A DNA stretch of 14,667 nucleotides, taken from Candidatus Thorarchaeota archaeon. Lineage in GTDB: Archaea > Asgardarchaeota > Thorarchaeia > Thorarchaeales > Thorarchaeaceae. The notes under the pieces were generated by a model. It was not told the origin of the DNA, searched no databases, and worked only from the letters and a program-made list of their open reading frames with translations. Shown piece by piece: positions 1 to 7,659 of this stretch. The stretch spans positions 1-14,667 of the forward strand of contig JBHIAE010000063.1 in NCBI GenBank assembly GCA_046758445.1. The letters run 5' to 3'. Both the position numbers and the translations under genes were made by a program. Each line of letters opens with the position of its first letter. Positions within the stretch are counted from its first letter, which is position 1.

Positions 1-61
1 GCACCACTAGAAGCGTCGCAACAAGCGCGAAACCCCATGCAGCTATCTTCACGCCTCTCAT
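1..61 (-). CDS. 5' end of a probable secreted or membrane protein, running off the window edge
   Basis: Manual translation from ATG at 61: MRGVKIAAWGFALVATLLVV. This is a basic N-region followed by a hydrophobic stretch, typical of a signal peptide. Not in the ORF track. Confidence 0.45.
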   Translation of the reverse strand, partial: MRGVKIAAWGFALVATLLVV

Positions 62-233
62 CGAATCACATTCATGTCCTCTCTGGGATGCTTGAAGGTT
101 GTCCCAGCGATCGAGTGCGGCCCGTCTTAAGTCAGTTCTGAGAAACTCAAGGGCCTTATTGTGCTGAGTTACGCTGCGATGAAGAAAGGGGCCTATTTCA
201 TTTGCACAGTAGGTCGGGGTGACTGAGAGGACA

Positions 234-2336
234 CTACGACCCTCGCCTTATCCTCACTATGACTATTACTACGACAATCAGTCCAGCAGCAGCGCTGGCA
301 ACCAGTACAAGCCCCATCATGTCCCCAGGTTCTGTTGGGGTCGCTGTTGTAGTTGAAGTAGTTGTAGTTGTTGTCGTGGTGGTCGGCGTTGTAGCGGTCG
401 TGGTAGTTGTTGTGGTTGTCGGAGCAACCTTCCATACATGATAGAAGTAGAAGCCATGCATTGGGCTGTAGGCGAGACCGGCACCTCTTGCCCATTCCCG
501 CCAGACACGGAACTCACTTGACTGGAACATGTAGATGCTTGGTTGGTCGTATGCTAGCTGTTTCTGAATGCTGCCATAGAGTGCTTGCCTGACACTGGTA
601 TCCATCTCTTTCTTGGCCAGATTGATCCAATCGTCAACTGTGGAGTTTCCGTATCCACTGGACGACATGTGAATGCCGAGTGAATGTGCCATCGGCCAAG
701 CGTAGTTGTCAGGATCTGCATAGTCTGGTACCCAGCCAATGAGCCAGATTGGCACCGCATTGTTCTCGAGTAGCTCTTGGTAAAGGGCCGATTCAAGCGT
801 GTTTAGCCGAATCTCGGGAGTCGGGCTGATCCCGGTCAAGTTGGTACTTGGCTGTGCCATGACCGTAGCGAACCCATCTCTAATCAACAGTAGCCCCTGT
901 TGGTCGATTATGCTACTCTCGCTGTAATAGAGATCGATATGGCCTTCCATTGCATTGATGGTGTTCATGAATCCAGGTTCATTCATTGCTGCATTCCAAT
1001 ATGCAACCGCCTCATCGATATCATAGCGCTCTTGCCAGTATGACGAGTTGTGGAACGCCATCCCCTGTGGAATGAACCCTTTCGCTTGAAAACCCCATCC
1101 TCCGATGATCGAGTGGATTGCGGCGTCATAGTCGAATGCGTAGGCGAAGCACTTTCGAAGGTCCCGGTAGATGAAAGGGCTTGTCACCATCTTCCATACT
1201 CCCCCACGGCTGATGTTCAGGTCGGTGAACTTGAAGGTGAATGCCATCAGATCGTAGCTCAGGTCGCCTGTGCTGACGTTGATACTGGGATCCTTCGATT
1301 CCCTCAGCACATCGTCCCAGATCTCTTCGGCATTGGCTTTTGGCCAGTAGACAGAATCAGCGAGAGCTCCCCTGAGATTCGACATTCTTCCATTTGCATC
1401 TTCATTCGTCTTGTAGTAGACTGTCTGGATAGCGCCTGCGTAGGCAGGCGGAGCGATGCTAGGGACAATCTCGTCGGCTCTCCAATAGTCGCTGAAGGCG
1501 ACGAGCTTGATGTGCACATCCACTATCCACTCATCGAGCATGTATGGGCCAGTGCCGCAAGTGTGGTTCTTCATGTACGTGTCTTTTTCTCCATAGTCAA
1601 CGGCGTATCCATCCCAGTTTGCCCATGCCGGATTGGACGCGTGAGCTATTGCAAAGGAGGGGCTGATTATGGAACCGACCGTATGGGACATTGTCGGGAT
1701 GAATGCTGAAGACGCATACTCCAAGTTGAACTGGATTGTGTATGTGTCCAATACTACAATGGCACTCGAGTTTGCCACCCAGTCGTCAAACGCCGCTTGG
1801 AACTGCGCTGATGTTGGACCATTCGCACGAGCCTCGCCCTCAACAGCACTGCCGCCTTCAAGTGGTCCGATAAACGTCCAGACTGGGCCGTCCAAGTAGA
1901 ACATCTTCACGGCTCTTTCAATATTCCACTTGACACAACTGGCGTTGAAGGGAGTCCCATCATGGAATGTCACGTCTTGGCGTAGTGGTATGTTGTACTG
2001 TTTGCCGTCTTGGGATATCCAGGGGGGAGCTGAAGCCAGCAAAGGAACCCTTGGTTCAGTACTATTCGAACCCCAAGGGAATGTGTACAAGATCTCATAG
2101 ACATTGAAAAGCACATTGGTCCCGAAACTCTTGTAGCTGATGTGAGGATCCAGGCTGTCAGGACTACCAGCAGTTTCATAGATGAACTCGTTCTGCATTG
2201 GCTGAACAGAGGCACTACCCAGGAATCCAAGCTGTTCATTCGATAGTCGGACTAGAGCCATAGCACAGAGCGGCATAGCCACTATCAAGACTATTAGCAG
2301 GTTAGGCAGAAGACCTCGTCGCCGATTACTCGTCAT
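234..2336 (-). CDS. ABC transporter substrate-binding protein, family 5 (oligopeptide/dipeptide-type), C-terminally membrane anchored
   Basis: Family-5 motifs PDSLDP, NVYEILY, LRQDVTFHDGTPFNA, GTGPY, LRKCFAYAFD, GWVPDYADPDN. N-terminal signal/TM, Thr-rich stalk, C-terminal TM plus RIRR. AGGGGAGAG SD-like motif 7 nt before the ATG. Confidence 0.93.
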   Translation of the reverse strand: MTSNRRRGLLPNLLIVLIVAMPLCAMALVRLSNEQLGFLGSASVQPMQNEFIYETAGSPDSLDPHISYKSFGTNVLFNVYEILYTFPWGSNSTEPRVPLLASAPPWISQDGKQYNIPLRQDVTFHDGTPFNASCVKWNIERAVKMFYLDGPVWTFIGPLEGGSAVEGEARANGPTSAQFQAAFDDWVANSSAIVVLDTYTIQFNLEYASSAFIPTMSHTVGSIISPSFAIAHASNPAWANWDGYAVDYGEKDTYMKNHTCGTGPYMLDEWIVDVHIKLVAFSDYWRADEIVPSIAPPAYAGAIQTVYYKTNEDANGRMSNLRGALADSVYWPKANAEEIWDDVLRESKDPSINVSTGDLSYDLMAFTFKFTDLNISRGGVWKMVTSPFIYRDLRKCFAYAFDYDAAIHSIIGGWGFQAKGFIPQGMAFHNSSYWQERYDIDEAVAYWNAAMNEPGFMNTINAMEGHIDLYYSESSIIDQQGLLLIRDGFATVMAQPSTNLTGISPTPEIRLNTLESALYQELLENNAVPIWLIGWVPDYADPDNYAWPMAHSLGIHMSSSGYGNSTVDDWINLAKKEMDTSVRQALYGSIQKQLAYDQPSIYMFQSSEFRVWREWARGAGLAYSPMHGFYFYHVWKVAPTTTTTTTTATTPTTTTTTTTTSTTTATPTEPGDMMGLVLVASAAAGLIVVVIVIVRIRRGS
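333..422 (-). repeat. Low-complexity ACN codon run encoding the Thr/Pro stalk (PTTTTTTTTATTPTTTTTTTTTSTTTATPT)
   Basis: Directly visible (GTT/GTA/GTC/GTG)n on the + strand, in frame just before the C-terminal TM of the binding protein. Confidence 0.9.
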
Positions 2337-2428
2337 ATGAAACCTCTCCCCTATTCAGTTGCTACAGAATGTCGAATAAAGGAGTTACGCCTTGAGCGTT
2401 CTTATTAAGCTTGAGGAGAGTATCGCAA

Positions 2429-2445
2429 ACTCTTGCACCAAGAGT
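2429..2445 (-). terminator. Perfect 7-bp hairpin downstream of nrdD, possible terminator or processing site
   Basis: ACTCTTG-CAC-CAAGAGT, about 27 nt after the nrdD stop. The U tail is short. Confidence 0.3.
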
Positions 2446-2471
2446 AGACACTCTGCGTTGGATGACTTTGG

Positions 2472-5400
2472 CTAGAGTGTGTATCTGTGCCTGTCAATGA
2501 ACTCCTGCCGCTTGGACGGATTGAATGTGTGTATTGACTGAATATACCCGGTGATTCTCGAAAAGACTTCCATCCCGATTGAACCACAACGAGGACAAGG
2601 AATCCGTGTCAACTCATCAATGGAGTTGAACCTAGTTGTCCTCCAGTCAATGCCTGACTGATAGTAACACGCGGGGCAAAACTGCACATCTTTGGTGAAT
2701 GAGTAGTATGAGTTCAAAGTGGACCGGCCAATCTTCTTCGTCAGCTCCCACAACGCGTCTGGATCGGGATTCGCCTCCCCTAGGTAGACGTGAGTCAGAC
2801 AGCCGCCGTCCATGTACGGATGGAACATCCCCTCCTTCCTAATCCGATCACTAAGCGGTAGATCCGCACCCACATATAGTGTCGTACTATTAGTGTAGTA
2901 TACGTTTGGATATTCGCCCTTCAGATGCTTACGGATTCCAGCATAGGCTTTGTAGTCCTTCTTGGCCAGTCTGCCAGCAGCGCTCTCGGCTGGAGTCCTA
3001 GTGACACCGAAGTGTAGACCTGTTTCCTTCTGGAACTCCTTCGACCTCTTCTTCAGGTGCTTCAGTACCTTGATCCCAAACTTCGTGCCCTCGCGCTCAT
3101 GCAGAGCGTAGCCCGTTGCAATCTCCGCCATCTCGGAGAAACCAACGGTCCCAAGAAGGTATTCTCTCTTTTCCATATCAATGAGAGGTTTGCCGTTCGG
3201 TTTAGGTTGAGTATAGAAGGGAACGCTGCCGCTAGCAATGACTTTCTCCATCACGGCCTTCTTCTCGAGTATGACCTCTTTGGACAAGTCAATGTACTCA
3301 TCGAGTTTTGCGAAGAAGTGATCCTCGTCACTCCGACCGACCCATGCCGCCCTCCCGAAGTTGGGAGTGACCATCTGAGAGGCACCGAACACCATGTTCC
3401 CCGACAGAAACTCCTCCAGCTCCTCGTCGGTGCTGGCAGTCCAGAGGTGCGAGCAACAGCTGCTGCACCCAGCTTCGATATCGGACCTCCAGTTGAGGTA
3501 GTTCTCGAAGTAGGGCGACCCGAACTTGGCCGTCAGTTCTGCGACCAACCTCCACGACTCGTCAAACTCAGGCTTCATGAACTCTTCGCGAAGCACAATG
3601 TTCGGTTTCGGAAAGTTGAATCCCTTGCCCTTAATGTCACCTTTGATCATGACCTCCATAAAAGCGTTGAAGAACTTCCGTGCCTCGTCCTCAAAGTCGC
3701 CGTACGTTGACCCATCGGTCTTCCCACCGGGCAACACTGCAGGCACACCCCTCATTATCTTGGGGATTCCAGGTGTCAGGTCAATGCTGGAGAAGATGAC
3801 CTGGCCACCTCGTGCCACGTATTGCTGGGTAAGGGTGAATATCAGTTGCTGAGCAGCCTGCTTGATTCTCTTGTAGCTGACTCCTTGCAAGAACGGTGCT
3901 AGGAACGTGTTGTAGAAGAAGAAACCCTGACCACCTGAATTATGCAATATCACTCCACCGTGTCCACCGATGAAGTTCTCATGGCCATCAATAGACAGAT
4001 CGTACACATAACCCGTGAAGTGTTGTTGCTCAATCTTCTCAACTATGTCAAATGCTACATCACCATTTACTAGAAGACGAAGTGACTCGATCTCTTGCAG
4101 GTTCTCATGAGAAACATCGGGGAACTCAAGTAGCTGCTGAAGAACTGAATCGAGCAGCGCTGGAGCCATGTTCCGTTTCCGGAAGACTGCATTGATTCTG
4201 GGAATTCGGCTGTCAGAGCGTGGCACATCCATTCTGTGAATGAGGTTACAGACGCTGATTCGCCTGAGTGGGATCGCCTCTGGCGCAGATGTACTGGTAA
4301 GTGTCTCTGTCTTGTATTCAAAATCCTCCATTCTTATGTCAGGGATATGTGTTGCAAAGAGTTCCAGTTTCTCGCGACCGTAGATGGAGGTCCGATAGCC
4401 AAGGCTGCTCCTGATTCTCCTGCCGTCTAGCGAATGGCTTGAGGAGTTGTGTTCTCTCTGTCTTGCTATGATTCCCAGCTGTAGCAGTAGATAGAGAAGA
4501 TCGCTACTAAGCCCCTCGGTGACGGATGTGAAGCTGACACTTCTCCTATGGATGTGGCCATCACAGAAGTATCCGTTCAGGAACTCCCACTTCATCTCCT
4601 CTGAAGCAGAGAATATTATTGGAGGGATTCGCTTGTCTTTCGAGTTGCGACCCGTTCCAAGGACTTCGAGCATAACAAGCGCTATGAGCTTGTTGGACAC
4701 AATTAGTTGAATCTCAGTGTCGTGAGGGCATTGAACGCCAATGTGGCCTCCCCAGACGCGCCGAATGCACTCCCTGGCATCTTCGATACGGGCTTTTTCG
4801 TGTGTGCCAAAGGAGAGAGCAACTAGGTAGGGGCCTCTTGATTCATTAGACTGGATGTGACCTTCGGCGGCGAAATAACCTAGGAATCTCGCCATCTCCC
4901 TGGTTAGGCGCAGGCTCGCGGACAGCTCAAAGCTCGATTTTGCGAGGCTTAGCCGCGCACTCGAGAAATCAGTATGTTTCCCTTGGTTCTTTACTTTGAG
5001 AAGGGAGACAGTGTCGCGGCTCTTCTCCCACCACCTAAGCTTGGAGAGCTGCGCCGCGATTCCCTTGACGTAAACATTTTTGACCTTGTCTTCATCGAGG
5101 CAGAGCATTCTCTGAGCAATGTTGATTGTTATAGGTCCAGCTCCGCTGGGCAATCTCCTTGGGATTGCTATCAAGTCTGCTTCTTGGAGGTCACTGACTG
5201 CAATCTCTTCGACCTTTCCGTCATTTAGAGTGAATAGGCTATGTGAACCAGTAGAACGAACAGTGCGACCGGTCCTGGTACGGATTGTATACACGTCTTC
5301 GGAGATCGGGTGACGGATGACTCTATTAATCTCCTTCAGCTCAATGTTCAGTGTGTCTGGATTGAAAGCATATGTGTGGAGACCTTCACCGGTTATGTTT

Positions 5401-6209
5401 GTCAGTTCTCCGTTCACCTGAGGAATCGGAACAACTGGTTTCTCACTCATGATTCTGTCCACAAGAGGGCCGATAGGAGTCAGTCGCATGCCAGATGAAT
5501 CGGACACCAAGACCTCCTGTTCTGGAGTAATAGAGAAGGAGCTCTGAGCAGCAGCCAGCCATATCGCTGAGTGGTTCACTGCAACGTGAAGATGATTCGC
5601 CGGGCCCGCTGACGACGAGTGCATCCCTCCAAGTCCATCAGGAGCAATCCCCAACATTAGCACCTGACGAAGGTCCCAGGTAGCACAATAATCGCGTGTT
5701 GAGAAATACTCCCTATCCTTGATGTATATGTCCCCACGCATGTGAGCGTCAGCCAGATGAGTTGGGATAGTCAGATACGTGTGCTGCTCCATTACCTGGT
5801 CATGGACTAGCTTGGCGATGGTTTCTGGGTTCCTCATCAGGTTGGCATTGTTCGTGTGATGACCGGGATCGTGAATCAGCTGGTTCAGATCATACATCGG
5901 CACACCGACACGCGTGTAAAGAATGCGCTCCTTTTCGAGACCCAATTCAGCCAAGACGCTGTTGCACATCTCTCGAATGAGAGGTCCGCTTAGGAACTTG
6001 ATACCGGAGGCGACAATCCTGTCCATTACTCTGAGTGCCACCAACTGAGCATTATCCTCTGACAGCTGTGCCTCAAGGACAAGACTACTGATGATACGGT
6101 CTACATCGAATGGCTCCAGAGTACTGCTTGTAGTACGTACCTTCGGAAGCTTCCTCTCTCGCACCCTAAGTTCCTCAAGTGATACAGCCGTACTATGGAC
6201 ATCGGTCAT
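2472..6209 (-). CDS. nrdD: Anaerobic (class III) ribonucleoside-triphosphate reductase, intein-containing (1245-aa precursor, 713 aa after splicing)
   Basis: N-terminal ATP cone (EPFDVDRIISSL...LSGPLIRE), DYCATWDLR, SGGQG, ARGGQVIFSS, FNFPKP, finger-loop SCC, TPAES, YYTNS, Zn site CPAC...CPRC and glycyl-radical motif SRITGY. GGAGTGA SD within the upstream gene's end. Confidence 0.97.
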   Translation of the reverse strand: MTDVHSTAVSLEELRVRERKLPKVRTTSSTLEPFDVDRIISSLVLEAQLSEDNAQLVALRVMDRIVASGIKFLSGPLIREMCNSVLAELGLEKERILYTRVGVPMYDLNQLIHDPGHHTNNANLMRNPETIAKLVHDQVMEQHTYLTIPTHLADAHMRGDIYIKDREYFSTRDYCATWDLRQVLMLGIAPDGLGGMHSSSAGPANHLHVAVNHSAIWLAAAQSSFSITPEQEVLVSDSSGMRLTPIGPLVDRIMSEKPVVPIPQVNGELTNITGEGLHTYAFNPDTLNIELKEINRVIRHPISEDVYTIRTRTGRTVRSTGSHSLFTLNDGKVEEIAVSDLQEADLIAIPRRLPSGAGPITINIAQRMLCLDEDKVKNVYVKGIAAQLSKLRWWEKSRDTVSLLKVKNQGKHTDFSSARLSLAKSSFELSASLRLTREMARFLGYFAAEGHIQSNESRGPYLVALSFGTHEKARIEDARECIRRVWGGHIGVQCPHDTEIQLIVSNKLIALVMLEVLGTGRNSKDKRIPPIIFSASEEMKWEFLNGYFCDGHIHRRSVSFTSVTEGLSSDLLYLLLQLGIIARQREHNSSSHSLDGRRIRSSLGYRTSIYGREKLELFATHIPDIRMEDFEYKTETLTSTSAPEAIPLRRISVCNLIHRMDVPRSDSRIPRINAVFRKRNMAPALLDSVLQQLLEFPDVSHENLQEIESLRLLVNGDVAFDIVEKIEQQHFTGYVYDLSIDGHENFIGGHGGVILHNSGGQGFFFYNTFLAPFLQGVSYKRIKQAAQQLIFTLTQQYVARGGQVIFSSIDLTPGIPKIMRGVPAVLPGGKTDGSTYGDFEDEARKFFNAFMEVMIKGDIKGKGFNFPKPNIVLREEFMKPEFDESWRLVAELTAKFGSPYFENYLNWRSDIEAGCSSCCSHLWTASTDEELEEFLSGNMVFGASQMVTPNFGRAAWVGRSDEDHFFAKLDEYIDLSKEVILEKKAVMEKVIASGSVPFYTQPKPNGKPLIDMEKREYLLGTVGFSEMAEIATGYALHEREGTKFGIKVLKHLKKRSKEFQKETGLHFGVTRTPAESAAGRLAKKDYKAYAGIRKHLKGEYPNVYYTNSTTLYVGADLPLSDRIRKEGMFHPYMDGGCLTHVYLGEANPDPDALWELTKKIGRSTLNSYYSFTKDVQFCPACYYQSGIDWRTTRFNSIDELTRIPCPRCGSIGMEVFSRITGYIQSIHTFNPSKRQEFIDRHRYTL
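3939..5534 (-). mobile_element. Intein with LAGLIDADG homing endonuclease (532 aa, residues 226-757 of the NrdD precursor)
   Basis: Begins SITPEQEVLV (block A, Ser1). Block B RTVRSTGSHSLF, LAGLIDADG motifs LGYFAAEG and FLNGYFCDG, block F VYDLSIDGHENF. Ends ILHN followed by Ser+1. Excision restores AAAQSSF-SGGQGFFFYN. Confidence 0.95.
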
Positions 6210-6212
6210 TAA

Positions 6213-6512
6213 TCAATTCACTCCCAGCGACTTGCGTACTTGTTCAATGGTCGGAACTTCTCCACTGTAGAGTAGTTCAAGCGAACCAGAGTTCTCAACG
6301 ACAATGCTGGGAGTGGACGCGATGAAGATCTGGTTCTCGAGAAGCCTGAAGTCTAGGTCCTCATCGACCCTCTCTAGATCAACAGTCTTCATGGAAACCC
6401 CAGTTCCCTTAAGGGCCTCCTCGACGACAGCCTTGGCGGCAGGACAGTTCGCACAGTCCTCCTGAGTAAACAGATACAGAGTCCTCAGTCTTTTGTCGTC
6501 CTCTCCCGGCAT
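6213..6512 (-). CDS. Thioredoxin/glutaredoxin-like redoxin (NrdH-like), first gene of the nrdD operon
   Basis: LYLFTQEDCANCP (CxxC), ASTPSIVV (cis-Pro loop), YSGEVP. SD GGAGGGTG precedes ATG 6512 (TTG 6515 is an alternative start). Stop lies 3 nt before the nrdD ATG. Confidence 0.88.
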   Translation of the reverse strand: MPGEDDKRLRTLYLFTQEDCANCPAAKAVVEEALKGTGVSMKTVDLERVDEDLDFRLLENQIFIASTPSIVVENSGSLELLYSGEVPTIEQVRKSLGVN

Positions 6513-6562
6513 CAATCAACACCCTCCGCAGACCGAAGGTTTTCCCATATTGAGCCAATGTA

Positions 6563-6571
6563 GAATAAAAG
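6563..6571 (-). promoter_or_regulatory. Candidate TATA box for the redoxin-nrdD operon
   Basis: CTTTTATTC on the minus strand about 50 nt upstream of the redoxin start. Confidence 0.3.
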
Positions 6572-6792
6572 ACTTGTTGCGTTGCAGGATGGCTTCTAGC
6601 ATCCAAAGAAGGCACTCAGGGCTAGGTGAGTGTTTTTCGTACGCGGTCACATCCTTACGTTAGGTGGGGGCCTATTAAGGCTGTACAGGTTTCTCAGAGC
6701 CACGAGCTAGAAAATGCAGGTTCGATGAAGTTCACGTGAGCGAGATTGCACTGGCAAGTCTGACATTGTCACACCCCCCGGACGGAGGCCAC

Positions 6793-6800
6793 CTTATATG
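6793..6800. promoter_or_regulatory. Candidate TATA box (CTTATATG / CATATAAG) in the nrdH-thyA divergent region
   Basis: AT-rich TATA-like element in otherwise GC-balanced sequence. It would give an approximately 105-nt thyA leader on the + strand. Confidence 0.3.
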
Positions 6801-6931
6801 CTGGCGCCAAACGACCAACCACCGACGACACATTCGAGTCGTATCCCGTCACACTCTCGACTCAGCACAAAACAATGATAAGATGCATCCCATCTCCGGC
6901 TCAACGGACACGAGAGTTTGGTGACAGACCT

Positions 6932-7555
6932 ATGCCAGTCTACTTGAAGGCGACCACACCAGTCGACGGATGGAAACGAGTCGTGCGAAAGATCATGGAG
7001 AGCGGCTTGCGCAGAGTTGACGAACGTGGAATCGAGACTCGTTGGCACTCAAACGTCATGATTCACATCATTGATCCATATGTTGACAGAGTCTGCCCTG
7101 AGTATCCGTTCAGCGAGAAGATCCTGCGAGAGAAGTACGCAACCCAGCTGCTCAACCCCGACCGGATGGACTTCGACTACACTTATGGGGAGAGACTGAA
7201 CGCCTGGGGTACCGAAACCATAAATCAGATAGAGTACGTCATATCGAAGCTAAAAGACTCGCCAAACACGCGCAGAGCCGTTGCGACGACATGGGATCCC
7301 AGAAAGGACACGAAGGTGGATGAGGTGCCTTGCCTCAATCATTTTGTGTTCATGAAGAGAGTGGATGAGCTTGATGTTTCTGTGATGATAAGATCCAACG
7401 ACATGTATGGAGCGTGGCTGGCGAATGTCTACGCTTTGGGCGAACTTCTCTCGCATGTCGCGGACGCAACCAGCTTGCGCCCCGGTACAATTACAACCCT
7501 ATCAGTGAACGCTCACATATACAATCACGACTGGGATGGCGCTACTCGCATATAG
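6932..7555 (+). CDS. thyA: Archaeal-type thymidylate synthase (207 aa)
   Basis: YTYGERL, NTRRAVA, catalytic VPCL, IRSNDM, dUMP-specifying Asn in WLANV, and NAHIY. Start moved from 6875 to ATG 6932, which has the SD GGTGA at 6920-6924. Confidence 0.93.
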   Translation: MPVYLKATTPVDGWKRVVRKIMESGLRRVDERGIETRWHSNVMIHIIDPYVDRVCPEYPFSEKILREKYATQLLNPDRMDFDYTYGERLNAWGTETINQIEYVISKLKDSPNTRRAVATTWDPRKDTKVDEVPCLNHFVFMKRVDELDVSVMIRSNDMYGAWLANVYALGELLSHVADATSLRPGTITTLSVNAHIYNHDWDGATRI

Positions 7556-7659
7556 TTACTCACCTTCACTATATCGTAGCTCTAACAGGCACGTATATTA
7601 ACCGGATTGCACCCACAGGTTACACGTATTAACTGAACAGACTGTGGAGTGTACAATAA

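Noticed and set aside
193-495. Short ORFs over the Thr-stalk region (193-495, 259-441, 317-517)
   Set aside because: Alternative-frame and antisense shadows of the ACN repeat inside the binding-protein gene.
1050-1709. 219-aa + strand ORF
   Set aside because: Antisense shadow of the well-supported binding-protein gene, with no recognisable motifs.
2586-2678. 23-residue spacer between the two CxxC pairs of the NrdD Zn site
   Set aside because: Longer than in familiar NrdDs, but this loop is known to vary in length, so it is not evidence of a new function.
3057-3852. 217-aa and 108-aa + strand ORFs
   Set aside because: Antisense to conserved nrdD coding sequence.
6875-6931. ORF-track N-terminal extension of thyA
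   Set aside because: No SD and a non-homologous-looking sequence. ATG 6932 has a GGTGA SD at the proper spacing.
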